Below, in pieces: positions 35,233-45,305 of a DNA stretch of 64,000 nucleotides. The first letter of the stretch is position 1; the number at the start of each line of letters is the position of its first letter. Origin of the DNA: an uncultured bacterium (GTDB lineage Bacteria; Patescibacteriota; Minisyncoccia; Phycocordibacterales; UBA9973); assembly GCA_937895515.1 (NCBI GenBank), contig CALAYS010000012.1, forward strand, positions 11,379 to 75,378, given 5' to 3'. A program made the position numbers and the translations under genes. The notes under the pieces are model-generated. The model was not told the DNA's origin and searched no databases. It saw only the letters and a list, made by a program, of their open reading frames with translations.

Positions 35233-36531
35233 TTAACTTCTTAACCATTCTTCATCCTGACGGGCGATGAGGTTTTTTATATTTGCTTTATCTTCAATTA
35301 ATTCTGCAACGAGTTTTTCCATGCGCATACCTTGGGAACCTTTGACCAGTATTGCGTCCCCGGATTTCATTACCTTTTCTAAGTGTGGCAAAACATCCAA
35401 TGGCTTTTCAAAATGAAAAATTCTGGATTTTAAATATTTAGATTTTATAGCTGATTCATAAGCATATTCCATACGTGGCCCGACTAAAAATACATAGTCG
35501 GTATTTTCTTTAAGCATTGTCCCAATTTCACTATGAACATCCATTGTCATTTTACCTAAATCCAGCATATCCCCTAATACAGCAATTTTGCTACCGGATC
35601 CGCCAGCTGGCGGATCAATCATTTTAAGAGTCTCTATGGCTGCCTCCATTGCGGCTGGTGATGCATTGTATGAATCATCCAGTATCAAAGTATTTCTAAC
35701 CCCAACTAATGGGCGTAGCCTTCCCGCTGTTGGCTTTAAACTGCTCATAGCCATGCCAACTTGCTCGACATCGTAACCCAAAGTATCGGCCACGGCGATT
35801 GCAAACAAAACTCCGTAAATTTGGTGGTTAGCTACAAACCCCGGAACAGTTACTGGGAAAATTTTATTTTTACAATTTATAATAAATTCCAAACCATATT
35901 GCCCATCATTTGTTAGAATTCTTTTTATATTTGTGGCCCGCACATCTGCACCCAAATTAAATCCAACAGACACTATTGGGTGTTTTGAATTTTTGGCAAT
36001 ATTCCAAACATATTCACTATCCCGATTAAGAATTATACTTCCACCCTTTTTTGTATATTTTGCCAAAGCACTTTTTTCATCAACAATATGATCACGAGAT
36101 TCAAAAAATTCAATATGTACTGGAACTTCAGGAATATGGGTAATTATCGAAACATCGGGGCGTAGCCATTTTGCAATTCGTGGTATATCACCCGGGAAAC
36201 GCGTACCAACTTCTAAAACCAAAACCTTGTGATATTCTGATTTAAAGAAAACATTAATTCCTTTTAAAATAACGCTAAACCATGCTAAAACTTTTCCATT
36301 AGGATTTTCCCCTTCGATTATGGAAAGCGGCACACCAAAATCAGTATTAAAATTTTTCTGTGATTTACAAACGTCGGTCACGCTGGATAACCCATGCGCA
36401 ACAATGTCTTTAGTCATAGTTTTACCAACGGACCCAGTAATAGCAATTACGATTGGTTTATGACGCCAAAGTATAGCTTGGGAAACAAGCTGAAGAAGAA
36501 TTCTAATTGTTTTTTTTATGTATCGATTCAC
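35233..36531 (-). CDS. murF: UDP-MurNAc-tripeptide--D-alanyl-D-alanine ligase
   Basis: 432 aa; ITGSVGKTMTKD P-loop, DDSYNASPAAMEAAI, position in the dcw cluster. Confidence 0.9.
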   Translation of the reverse strand: MNRYIKKTIRILLQLVSQAILWRHKPIVIAITGSVGKTMTKDIVAHGLSSVTDVCKSQKNFNTDFGVPLSIIEGENPNGKVLAWFSVILKGINVFFKSEYHKVLVLEVGTRFPGDIPRIAKWLRPDVSIITHIPEVPVHIEFFESRDHIVDEKSALAKYTKKGGSIILNRDSEYVWNIAKNSKHPIVSVGFNLGADVRATNIKRILTNDGQYGLEFIINCKNKIFPVTVPGFVANHQIYGVLFAIAVADTLGYDVEQVGMAMSSLKPTAGRLRPLVGVRNTLILDDSYNASPAAMEAAIETLKMIDPPAGGSGSKIAVLGDMLDLGKMTMDVHSEIGTMLKENTDYVFLVGPRMEYAYESAIKSKYLKSRIFHFEKPLDVLPHLEKVMKSGDAILVKGSQGMRMEKLVAELIEDKANIKNLIARQDEEWLRS

Positions 36532-36567
36532 TTTATTTATATTTGATTAACTTTATAAACTTTCCAT

Positions 36568-38280
36568 CTATCGGTCTGGCTTTATTGTTCCATATGATAT
36601 TAAAAACTGCAAATATGAGAAAAGTGGTTTAGCCAATGAAGACGAAGCGTATTCTACACCTTTGGGGTAAACATTGTACAGGAATACTAAATATTTTGGA
36701 TCACTAGCTGGAATATAAGCAAACATTGAATGCAAATATCGGTCTTGTGAATATTTACCATTTTGTCCAACCATCTGCGCAGTCCCCGTTTTTGCTGCAA
36801 CACTATGATGTGGAAATGCTAACGCTCCATTTTGCAGTGATGTATCCACAACATGAGTTAAGACAATGCTAATTTCTTTTGCGGTTTCAGGTTTTAATGC
36901 AGGGTCTAAATATGTTGGGCTAAATGATTTTACAACTTTGCCGTCTGGAGTTCTGATTTCTTTAACTATATATGGATTAACCGGTACTCCATTATTAGCC
37001 AGTGCACTAAATGCTCGGATAACTTGAACTGGGGTTACGTTAAAACCTTGCCCAAAACTAGCTGTTGCAAATTCAACATCACGATTAGAATCAAAGTTCT
37101 TAGTTAAACTATTTACTTCACTAGGTAAATCAATTCCGGTTTTTTTGCGTAAACCATATTTTTCAAAATAGCTTCGCATATTATCTTTGCCTAATTTTTG
37201 TTCAATCATAACCATCCCAGTATTAAGAGATTGCCCTAAAATTTCATTAATTGTAACTATTCCTCTTCCCTTTTTATCAAAGTTATGGATTGTTTCCACG
37301 CCAACTTTAATACTACCTGTGTCATTAAATTTTGTTTCAGTATTAATAACACCAGCATCCAAAGCAGCAGAAACAACCAATGGTTTAATAACTGACCCAA
37401 ATTCATAAACACGCGACACCGCTGGGTTTAAAAAAACTTCTTCACTACTAGCAGTTCCTGGAGTATTGGGATCAAAATTAGGAGTATAAGCCATGGCTAA
37501 CACTGCCCCGGTTTTAGGGTCAATAACAATACCACCAACACCTTCGGATTGATATTGCTTTTGAACATCATCTAATGTTTTTTCGAGTGCAACTTGAATT
37601 TCCGGTTCAATTGTAGTTATTATATCTTGCCTTTTTTCATTACTATCATCAATATTTCGAAAAGCTGCCGCAAAAGGATTAATGCTTTTGTGTTGACCAG
37701 GTGGAGCAAGTTCCTTTTCATAAAACTTTTCTAGACCATAAACCCCTTGTTCATAATCACCAACATGTGCAACAACACCCAGTACATGTGCTGCCCGCAC
37801 ACCACCCGGATAATTCCGCCATAATTCACGAGATAGTGAGACGCCTTGGATTTTTTTATCCATAAGTGTTGTCATTATATTTTTAGGTACACGATGAGCT
37901 ATTTCTTCATAAGGGTCGGTAGTTTTTGCGACTTTTTTATAAAAAAGCTCTTTATCAATTGGGTAAATAGCTGATATTTGATTATAAACTTCATCAGCAT
38001 TAGTTATAGTATTTGGAGAAATAGCCAAAGTATAACCACTATTCATTGTAGCGGCACTAATTAATGTTCCATCTTGTCTTGAAAAATAAATAGTTCCGCG
38101 GGGTTCTTTTTCTTGACGGTTGGCAATGTATTGTGACGAACCTAATTTTTTATAATAAGCTAAATGGATAACTTGAACATAAAATAACCGAGCGATTAAT
38201 GCTAAAAAAAGAATTATTATACAAAAAGCAAAAATTCGTATTCGGCTATGCATATTATCGTTTAGCTTCTGCGTAAGCAA
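36568..38280 (-). CDS. ftsI: class B penicillin-binding protein (FtsI-type transpeptidase)
   Basis: 570 aa; N-terminal TM; SxxK (GSVIKP), SxN (SLNTG), KTGTA; lies between the ftsL-like gene and murF. Confidence 0.85.
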   Translation of the reverse strand: MLTQKLNDNMHSRIRIFAFCIIILFLALIARLFYVQVIHLAYYKKLGSSQYIANRQEKEPRGTIYFSRQDGTLISAATMNSGYTLAISPNTITNADEVYNQISAIYPIDKELFYKKVAKTTDPYEEIAHRVPKNIMTTLMDKKIQGVSLSRELWRNYPGGVRAAHVLGVVAHVGDYEQGVYGLEKFYEKELAPPGQHKSINPFAAAFRNIDDSNEKRQDIITTIEPEIQVALEKTLDDVQKQYQSEGVGGIVIDPKTGAVLAMAYTPNFDPNTPGTASSEEVFLNPAVSRVYEFGSVIKPLVVSAALDAGVINTETKFNDTGSIKVGVETIHNFDKKGRGIVTINEILGQSLNTGMVMIEQKLGKDNMRSYFEKYGLRKKTGIDLPSEVNSLTKNFDSNRDVEFATASFGQGFNVTPVQVIRAFSALANNGVPVNPYIVKEIRTPDGKVVKSFSPTYLDPALKPETAKEISIVLTHVVDTSLQNGALAFPHHSVAAKTGTAQMVGQNGKYSQDRYLHSMFAYIPASDPKYLVFLYNVYPKGVEYASSSLAKPLFSYLQFLISYGTIKPDR

Positions 38281-38590
38281 CAGAATTTATAGATGCAATT
38301 CCATCTTCATTTACATATGATACATTTTTAGCTTCCATAAAATCTGTACTAGATACGCTCTCCAATGCAACAATGTTTTGAGCTTTCATATAATCAAGCT
38401 CAACTGTAGCTAATTCGGTTTTTTTGTCATCTACAACTTTGGATAATGATTTTGTTGTTACAATGTTAGTAGCAGTCAAACCAAGTAAAATCAAATAAGA
38501 AAACATTAAACCGCAAACAGAACAAATTATTTTAAAATTTGTACGAGAAAGTTTGTCTATTTGTTTTGTGTGTTTTTTTGTATTTCTCAT
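38255..38590 (-). CDS. FtsL-like single-pass membrane protein
   Basis: 111 aa with one TM helix; position between rsmH and the PBP gene is the only argument. Confidence 0.5.
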   Translation of the reverse strand: MRNTKKHTKQIDKLSRTNFKIICSVCGLMFSYLILLGLTATNIVTTKSLSKVVDDKKTELATVELDYMKAQNIVALESVSSTDFMEAKNVSYVNEDGIASINSVAYAEAKR

Positions 38591-39489
38591 TATATTTTTT
38601 CGATTATTCGCATTTTACTAGTTCGACTTCTAGGGTTTTCTTGTATTTCTGTATCAGTGGGAATTATTGGCTTTTTGGTGATTAGTTTAAATTCTTGCGT
38701 TTGTTCCAAATTTTTAAAAGCTTGTTTAACGATTCTGTCTTCAAGACTATGGAAACTTATTACCAGCATTCGCCCATGGGGAGATAAAAATTGTGATAAT
38801 TCATCGAGTGCTTTTTTTAAATGGCTTAGTTCCCCATTAATTGCAATTCTTAAAGCTTGGAATGTTTTTGTTGCGGGATGAATCCGTCCAAATCTTTTAT
38901 GCATTGGGTAAGCATTATAGACAATATCACGCAGTTCAAATGTAGTTGTAATTGGTTTTATTTCTCTTTGTTCGATTATTTTTTTAGCAATTTTGTAAGC
39001 GTAATCTTCTTCGCCAAGTTCTTTTAAGACTTCGATTAATTCGGATCCATCTACAGTATTAATATAGTCAGATACAGTATCGGTATTACTACCATCTAGT
39101 CTCATAGAAAGTGGCGCATCAAAACGGAAAGAAAAACCACGATCAGGATTATCCAGTTGCATTGAGCTAACACCCAGATCAAGCAGTATTGTGTCAGCAC
39201 TGTTTACGCCTTTTTCTTTTAGAATTTCTACAGCTTCGCTATAGTTTTTATTTATATAGTGAACACATGGATAGTTGTTTAGTTTTTCTTTAGCTAAATT
39301 AATAGCAGAAGAATCAACATCAAAAGCATAATATGATTTGATGTTTTTATGTTTATTTAAAATTTCATATGCATGACCACCCAGTCCAATAGTTCCATCA
39401 ATAACAATTGCATTATCAGGTATATACACCGCGCCTAATACTTCATTAATCAAAACTGGAATGTGTTTATACATATTACAAAACTCCAA
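38590..39489 (-). CDS. rsmH: 16S rRNA (cytosine1402-N4)-methyltransferase
   Basis: 299 aa; HIPVLINEVL, DGTIGLGGHA, LLDLGVSS, SFHSLEDRIVK. Confidence 0.95.
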   Translation of the reverse strand: MEFCNMYKHIPVLINEVLGAVYIPDNAIVIDGTIGLGGHAYEILNKHKNIKSYYAFDVDSSAINLAKEKLNNYPCVHYINKNYSEAVEILKEKGVNSADTILLDLGVSSMQLDNPDRGFSFRFDAPLSMRLDGSNTDTVSDYINTVDGSELIEVLKELGEEDYAYKIAKKIIEQREIKPITTTFELRDIVYNAYPMHKRFGRIHPATKTFQALRIAINGELSHLKKALDELSQFLSPHGRMLVISFHSLEDRIVKQAFKNLEQTQEFKLITKKPIIPTDTEIQENPRSRTSKMRIIEKI

Positions 39490-39910
39490 GATTACCTAAT
39501 GTTCCAGCAATTGTGTCGACATCACCTGCAATTCCTTTTTTGTATTTATTCCAAGAATCTTCGCTCCAAATTTCCATCCGGTTCTTGACCCCAATCAAAA
39601 CAACTTTACCAGTAAGGTTTGCCATTGTGCGCAAATTCTCTGGAACCAAGATTCGGCCTGCGGTATCAACATCAACTTCCATTGCTTGTCCAAATAAATA
39701 ACGAGAAAAGCTTCGAGTATTTTGTTCCAGCATTGAACCACTGGATAATTTTTCGGACATTTTAGACCATTCGGATTTAGTTAGTAGAAACAAACAAGAA
39801 TCTATTCCTGGAGAGACAACAACGCTCTTACCCAATTCTTTGCGTAATTTTGTAGGAAGAGTAATTCTCTTCTTATCGTCTAGTGTATGTGTGAATTCTC
39901 CAATTAACAT
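39476..39910 (-). CDS. mraZ: transcriptional regulator MraZ
   Basis: Two SpoVT/AbrB-like halves (DDKKRITLP and GRILVPENLR). I chose the internal ATG at 39910; the track ORF extends to 40051 with non-conserved sequence. Confidence 0.88.
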   Translation of the reverse strand: MLIGEFTHTLDDKKRITLPTKLRKELGKSVVVSPGIDSCLFLLTKSEWSKMSEKLSSGSMLEQNTRSFSRYLFGQAMEVDVDTAGRILVPENLRTMANLTGKVVLIGVKNRMEIWSEDSWNKYKKGIAGDVDTIAGTLGNLGVL

Positions 39911-40086
39911 AATGTTCTTATTTGTAAGGCTTTTATGGTTAAAATTATTTAACCCACTTTGCCCCACTTGAGTATAATTATACACCACTTTGTCCCACAA
40001 TGCTACAATAAAGTTTTCCACAATGACCAATTCCCCACTAGACAACGCCATCCAAAAGGTGTAAAGTAAAACAAATAAAATATTAT

Positions 40087-40332
40087 ATGAAAACAGCTAA
40101 CCAAAATCCTTACACAAGAGGCATCATGGATTATTTATTATCCAGAAACAAAATAACATTAAGACAGTTAGAATCTTCAGCTGATCAAGAAAGAAAAAAT
40201 GGAAGATTTTACAATTTTTTCAAATTACACCTTCAAACTCAAAAAAAAGAGCAAGACATAATTGCTATAACAAGAGAGATTGAATTTTTTAAGAATTTTA
40301 TACCAAAAACTGAAACAAATTTACTTTCTTAG
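40087..40332 (+). CDS. hypothetical protein (81 aa)
   Basis: ORF followed by a CCCGG-ATAAATA-CCGGG hairpin and T-run. Confidence 0.4.
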   Translation: MKTANQNPYTRGIMDYLLSRNKITLRQLESSADQERKNGRFYNFFKLHLQTQKKEQDIIAITREIEFFKNFIPKTETNLLS

Positions 40333-40360
40333 AAAATTATCAAATACCCAAACAAAAATT

Positions 40361-40390
40361 CCCGGATAAATACCGGGCTTTTTTATTTTT
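40361..40390 (+). terminator. intrinsic terminator
   Basis: CCCGG (40361-65) / CCGGG (40373-77) stem followed by CTTTTTTATTTTT. Confidence 0.65.
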
Positions 40391-40475
40391 GATTTTTTAT
40401 TTTTATAACCCCTCCCAACCTCCCCTTATCAAGGGAGGATTTCGAAAATAATCACAAAACCCTGCGATTAAAAAT

Positions 40476-40501
40476 AAAAATCCCCTTGATAAGGGGGATT
40501 T
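40476..40501 (-). terminator. intrinsic terminator of lysS (REP-like palindrome)
   Basis: AAATCCCCTT-GAT-AAGGGGGATTT; on the minus strand it is followed by TTTTTATTTTT. Confidence 0.7.
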
Positions 40502-40512
40502 AGGGGGTTTGT

Positions 40513-41997
40513 CTAGTCTTGTTTTGGGCGCATGATTGGGAAATAAATTGTATCGCGAAGATTATTTTGCTCGGTAAGAATTGCTACAATACGGTCTATA
40601 CCCATACCAAATCCTGTCATTGGTGGCATACCATGTTCCATTGCAGTTAGGAACCTCTCATCAACATCCATGGCTTCCTCGTCGCCTGCAAGCTTGGCTT
40701 TGGCTTGGTCTTCCATTAATTTTCTTTGAATTGTAGGATCAACTAATTCGGCATATTGGTTAGTAATTTCAGCACCAGCAATAACAAGCTGAGCAACTTC
40801 TGCAGTGCCGTCAGTATTTTGCTGAGCAAGTGGTTTTAATACCCCCGGGTAATTAGTAACAAAAGTTGGATTAATTAATTTAGGTCTTGCTGTACGCTTG
40901 TAAATATAATCCAGCATATTAGCCCGACTAGTTGTTTTAACTTCATCATCCCCCATACCGTATTTTTTAACTTCGGCTATCAAATCATTTTCAGTAATGT
41001 TATTAAAATCAACATTTGCATATTCCATCAAAAGTTCGTCAAAGCGTCTCTTAGGCCAAGTGCCATCAAAAGAAATAGTGTGTTCATTGTTTTCTTTATC
41101 CCAAACTTTAAATTCGGTTTTACCAACAACATCCATAGCTAAATGTTTTAATAATTTTTCAGTCCATTGTATGTTTTCTTGAAGAGTATTGTATGCGCTG
41201 TACCATTCAATCATTGTAAATTCTTGAATGTGTGATGGGTCACTACCCTCGTTACGGAACATTTTACCTAGCTCGTAAATCCGTGGTATTCCCCCAGCCA
41301 TAATCATTTTGTGGTCAAGCTCAACAGCAATACGCAAAACCATATCCATATCATAATCATTATGGTGAGTATCAAAAGTCTTGGCATTGGCCCCACCAGC
41401 TTGGTTTTGAAGTACTGGAGTTTCAACTTCGATAAAACCTAGTTCATCAAAAAAATTCCTAATAGCAGAAACTATTTTAGAGCGCAAAACCATTCTTTGG
41501 TAAACAGATACATCTGAAACCATTTCCAAATATCGTTTACGGTTACGCTCTTCATCATCTTCTAGTCCATGCCATTTTTCAGGTAGTGGTAATAATGATT
41601 TAGTAGCCATTACCCAATTTTTAGCTAAAATACTATTTTCACCTCTTTGAGTTGTAAATAAATTACCAGTTACAGAAATAAAATCACCAATATCACTAGT
41701 ATCTACAAAAAGATTAAAATCTTTTTCGTTAAGTTCATCTTTTTTAAATACAGCTTGAAAAGTCTCGCCGGCATCAAGCAATGTTACAAACAAAATTGCA
41801 CCTTGACCACGAATAGAAATAATCCGTCCAACAATACTAACAGTACTGCCAGAATTTACTAGATTATCAAATTCATTTTTAATATTTAAAATAGAATGTG
41901 TCCGAGGTACACTTGCAGGATATGCTAAAAAACCTTGGTCTTCCAAAATACCTTTTTTAAGCAATCTAGCATGACGAAGTTCATCAAGCCCAGCCAT
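40513..41997 (-). CDS. lysS: lysyl-tRNA synthetase, class II
   Basis: 494 aa; OB-fold N-domain; class II motifs (FRNEGSDPSHIQEFTMIEWY, GFGMGIDRIV). Confidence 0.95.
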   Translation of the reverse strand: MAGLDELRHARLLKKGILEDQGFLAYPASVPRTHSILNIKNEFDNLVNSGSTVSIVGRIISIRGQGAILFVTLLDAGETFQAVFKKDELNEKDFNLFVDTSDIGDFISVTGNLFTTQRGENSILAKNWVMATKSLLPLPEKWHGLEDDEERNRKRYLEMVSDVSVYQRMVLRSKIVSAIRNFFDELGFIEVETPVLQNQAGGANAKTFDTHHNDYDMDMVLRIAVELDHKMIMAGGIPRIYELGKMFRNEGSDPSHIQEFTMIEWYSAYNTLQENIQWTEKLLKHLAMDVVGKTEFKVWDKENNEHTISFDGTWPKRRFDELLMEYANVDFNNITENDLIAEVKKYGMGDDEVKTTSRANMLDYIYKRTARPKLINPTFVTNYPGVLKPLAQQNTDGTAEVAQLVIAGAEITNQYAELVDPTIQRKLMEDQAKAKLAGDEEAMDVDERFLTAMEHGMPPMTGFGMGIDRIVAILTEQNNLRDTIYFPIMRPKQD

Positions 41998-42001
41998 AAA
42001 T

Positions 42002-42484
42002 TTATTGAATAGAAATTATTGTATAAACAACTTGACCTTTGGGTGCATCAACAGTAACGCTATCACCAGCACTTTTACCAAAAATAGCTGCTCCAATTGG
42101 AGAAAGGTATGAGATTTTAGCTTCAGCAATGTCGGCTTCTTCGCCACCAACAATAGTGTACATTACTTGGTCTTTATCACCTTTTTTTTGAATAGTAACA
42201 CGAGCTCCAATATCAACAGTACCGTGTTTTGATTTAGTAACAACTTCTGCAGTTTGCAATATATGCTCGATTTCGGAAATTCGGTCTTCATTACGGCCTT
42301 GGTCTTCACGGGCTTGGTGGTATTCGGCGTTTTCAGATAAGTCCCCAAGAGATTTAGCAAATTCTAATTGGTCTTTAATTTCTTGTCGTTTAACGGAACG
42401 ACGCATTTCCAATTCTTGTTTTAGCTCTTCTTGGTTTTCTTTTGTTATATATGTTTTTTCTTCCATTGCAATATTGTACATCAA
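42002..42484 (-). CDS. greA: transcription elongation factor GreA
   Basis: 160 aa; coiled-coil N-domain (AKSLGDLSENAEYHQARE) and C-terminal FKBP-like domain. The start may be the ATG at 42466. Confidence 0.9.
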   Translation of the reverse strand: MMYNIAMEEKTYITKENQEELKQELEMRRSVKRQEIKDQLEFAKSLGDLSENAEYHQAREDQGRNEDRISEIEHILQTAEVVTKSKHGTVDIGARVTIQKKGDKDQVMYTIVGGEEADIAEAKISYLSPIGAAIFGKSAGDSVTVDAPKGQVVYTIISIQ

Positions 42485-42507
42485 AATAGGTTAATTTGCA
42501 AAAATCC

Positions 42508-44232
42508 TTACTGGTTCAAATATTCAATAACTTCGGGGTGTTCCTGCGCAAGGATTTGGAAAAAATCTCGCATTACAAAAGATGCTGACTGTGAAGCCGA
42601 AGATGGCGCGCCTTCCATAAGTACAGCAAAAGAATATTTAGGATGATCATAAGGGAAAAATCCAACAACCCAAGAATTAATTCTTGAATTACCAACACCC
42701 ACCTGTGCAGTACCAGTCTTAACAGATAATTTCATTTCTGGAATATTTAAAACAGTAGCACTACCGTCGGTTACTGTCATGCGCATACCTTCTCTGACAA
42801 CTTGATATTGGTTAGGTGTAAAATTTTGCGAAACTTGTTTAACTTCTATTTTTTCATCAAATGTTATTCGAGGTTTAACTAGTTTACCATTAGTAGCAAG
42901 CCCACCAACGGCTCGTGCCATTTGCAACGGCGTGACTTGCCATCCATACTGACCAATGGAACTATTATATGTATCACCAATTCGCCAAGGGTCACCTTTG
43001 AAGACTTTTTCTTTCCAAGCGGGTGACGGTATGACTCCATTAACTTCACCAGGGAAAATTATATTAGTTTTTTGAGCGATACCAAAATTTTTTGCAACTT
43101 CTTCTATACCGCTAATACCAATACCCTTTTGTGATCCAAAACCACCACCAATTTCATAAAAATAAATGTCCGATGAAACAGCAATGGCTCGGCGCATATC
43201 AGTATAACCATTGGCTCGCCAGTCTTTAAAAACTGTTGGGTTTTTAGGGTCATAAGGGTTAGGTAAACTAATTGACCCAGTAGAAAGTATATTTACTTCG
43301 GGTGTAATTACGCCTTTGTATAATGCTTGTATCGCTAAAAATGGTTTAACAATTGAACCCGGAGCATAAGAACCTTGAAAAACACGATTTAGAAAAATTG
43401 ACCGTGTATCACTAAAATATGAATTAATCACACTTTTGTTTTCTGCTTTTGAAAGAATATTACTATTGTATTCTGGAAAACTAGACATTGTTAAAATATC
43501 ACCAGTGTTTACATCCATTATAACCCCAGCTCCACCACGATAACCCATATTAGAAGAAAGTGTAACCATACTACGATACATTGCATCAGACATACGAGAA
43601 TCAATAGTTAAAACAATTTTTTGCCCAGGGATTGGGTCTTCAGCTAAATTTGTTGAAAGAATATTCCCCGCAACATCAACTTCAACTAACCTTGCACCAT
43701 TAACACCAGTTAATTCTTTGTCATATAATTTTTCAACACCATCACGCCCAACAAAACTAGTCCGCCAGTAGAAACCCTTGGAATCTTTTTGTGGGTAAGA
43801 AACATATCCTAAAATATGCCCCATACCAGATTTGTTAATATAAAGACGATCAGGAATATATTCCAAAGTTTCGTCTTTTTTAACATTTTCATTTTCTAGT
43901 GTATTCCAAACTAAAAGTTCTCCATTGCGATCAGTTATGACTCCACGACGAGCAAACAAAGGAATTGCGTCTAGTCTATTGTTTTCAGACCTTTTAACAA
44001 AACTTGAACCTTTTATTAATTGTAAATGTATAGCTTTAATTCCAATACCAATTATTAATAAAAAAGAAATACCCATTAAAATAGAAACTGTGCGTCTATT
44101 TATTGTTTGTTCAATTGTTCCTTCTTTTTGAGAACGGTCAAAAAGAGGCATATTTTTATTGTCTAAAAAAATGGTATCAACATCAAATGCTGAGTATTTC
44201 TTTTTGCGTTTAAAGAATCGGAAAAATGACAT
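42508..44232 (-). CDS. mrdA: penicillin-binding protein 2 (MrdA-type transpeptidase)
   Basis: 574 aa; N-terminal TM; SxxK (GSIVKP), SSDIYF, KTGTAQ. Confidence 0.85.
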   Translation of the reverse strand: MSFFRFFKRKKKYSAFDVDTIFLDNKNMPLFDRSQKEGTIEQTINRRTVSILMGISFLLIIGIGIKAIHLQLIKGSSFVKRSENNRLDAIPLFARRGVITDRNGELLVWNTLENENVKKDETLEYIPDRLYINKSGMGHILGYVSYPQKDSKGFYWRTSFVGRDGVEKLYDKELTGVNGARLVEVDVAGNILSTNLAEDPIPGQKIVLTIDSRMSDAMYRSMVTLSSNMGYRGGAGVIMDVNTGDILTMSSFPEYNSNILSKAENKSVINSYFSDTRSIFLNRVFQGSYAPGSIVKPFLAIQALYKGVITPEVNILSTGSISLPNPYDPKNPTVFKDWRANGYTDMRRAIAVSSDIYFYEIGGGFGSQKGIGISGIEEVAKNFGIAQKTNIIFPGEVNGVIPSPAWKEKVFKGDPWRIGDTYNSSIGQYGWQVTPLQMARAVGGLATNGKLVKPRITFDEKIEVKQVSQNFTPNQYQVVREGMRMTVTDGSATVLNIPEMKLSVKTGTAQVGVGNSRINSWVVGFFPYDHPKYSFAVLMEGAPSSASQSASFVMRDFFQILAQEHPEVIEYLNQ

Positions 44233-44236
44233 GGAA

Positions 44237-44482
44237 TTATTGTTTACGAATAAATGGTTTTAAGAAATAACTAATAATTATAAAACCCAAAGTAATAATA
44301 CTAAATATTGGAATATTTTTAGGCATAAAAACTAAATCATAAATTATTGCAAATGGTAGCAATGTTAAATAAGGCAATGGCATTATAAAAACGCTGCACA
44401 ATAAAGTCACAATTTGTAAATAAAAATTGTGACTAATAAAAAAAATAAAAATTAATCCAAACCCAATTATTAACCTTGCCAT
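44237..44482 (-). CDS. small hydrophobic membrane protein (81 aa)
   Basis: Three hydrophobic segments; tightly packed upstream of the PBP2 gene. Confidence 0.5.
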   Translation of the reverse strand: MARLIIGFGLIFIFFISHNFYLQIVTLLCSVFIMPLPYLTLLPFAIIYDLVFMPKNIPIFSIITLGFIIISYFLKPFIRKQ

Positions 44483-44484
44483 AA

Positions 44485-45303
44485 CTAGCTATTCCGTCCT
44501 AAATGGTTATGGAATTTTTTAAAGATAAAACGAATAATCAAAAATACAATTAAAAATACAAGACCGTAGAACAAATAAATATTTGCTAAAATATAACTAA
44601 TTGCAGCTAGACCCCAAGCATATAAATACTGAAGCGGGGTTAATAAACTACCGTCAGATCGGGGCAGAGATTTACGAAGCTCATTAAGTCTTTCTTCATA
44701 TTGTTCATTTTGTTTAACATTTTCTTTTATATCTTGTTTAATTGTATCCATTTTGATTTCAGCACTATTTAAAAAATCTTGCCGATAAGAATCAATCCCG
44801 GAACTAGTGTCAACGACTTGGGTTTCATTTTGTACAGGATATTCTTTTAAAATACCATCAGATACCGGAGAAATACCGTCTTTATTTTGAACATGGATTA
44901 TGGTGCTTAATTCCCTATTTTTTAGAACGACAATTTCTTTGGCGGTTTTAGGTTTTGTTATGGTTGTATCTTCTAATTTTATAACTAAATTATGATTACC
45001 ACTGGTAACTTTTAAATCAAAATTTACACCACTAAATTCATTATTTTTAACAACAATGTTGTGCTCGTTTATTTTTTTATCATCTTGATAAAACCTAACT
45101 ACTCCGGATAATGTTCCTCCAGATTGGTTATAAAGTGGGATTGATAAATGAACTGTTTCTCCATTTACAGGAGTAGAGCTAGAAATTAAAATAGATTCAC
45201 TACCAAAACCAGCATTTGTAACAATTGCACCATAAACAGAACCACTAAATGTAAATGCTAGTAGTAAAAATAATGCAAAATACAAACGGGTTTTAAATAA
45301 CAT
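44485..45303 (-). CDS. hypothetical exported protein with C-terminal membrane anchor
   Basis: 272 aa; signal-peptide-like N-terminus, beta-rich middle, C-terminal TM helix. Confidence 0.55.
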   Translation of the reverse strand: MLFKTRLYFALFLLLAFTFSGSVYGAIVTNAGFGSESILISSSTPVNGETVHLSIPLYNQSGGTLSGVVRFYQDDKKINEHNIVVKNNEFSGVNFDLKVTSGNHNLVIKLEDTTITKPKTAKEIVVLKNRELSTIIHVQNKDGISPVSDGILKEYPVQNETQVVDTSSGIDSYRQDFLNSAEIKMDTIKQDIKENVKQNEQYEERLNELRKSLPRSDGSLLTPLQYLYAWGLAAISYILANIYLFYGLVFLIVFLIIRFIFKKFHNHLGRNS

Positions 45304-45305
45304 AA

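Noticed and set aside
39911-40051. 47-codon N-terminal extension of MraZ in the ORF track
   Set aside because: MraZ homologues begin close to the FTHTLDDKKRITLP block. The extension has no conserved sequence and would overlap the promoter region.
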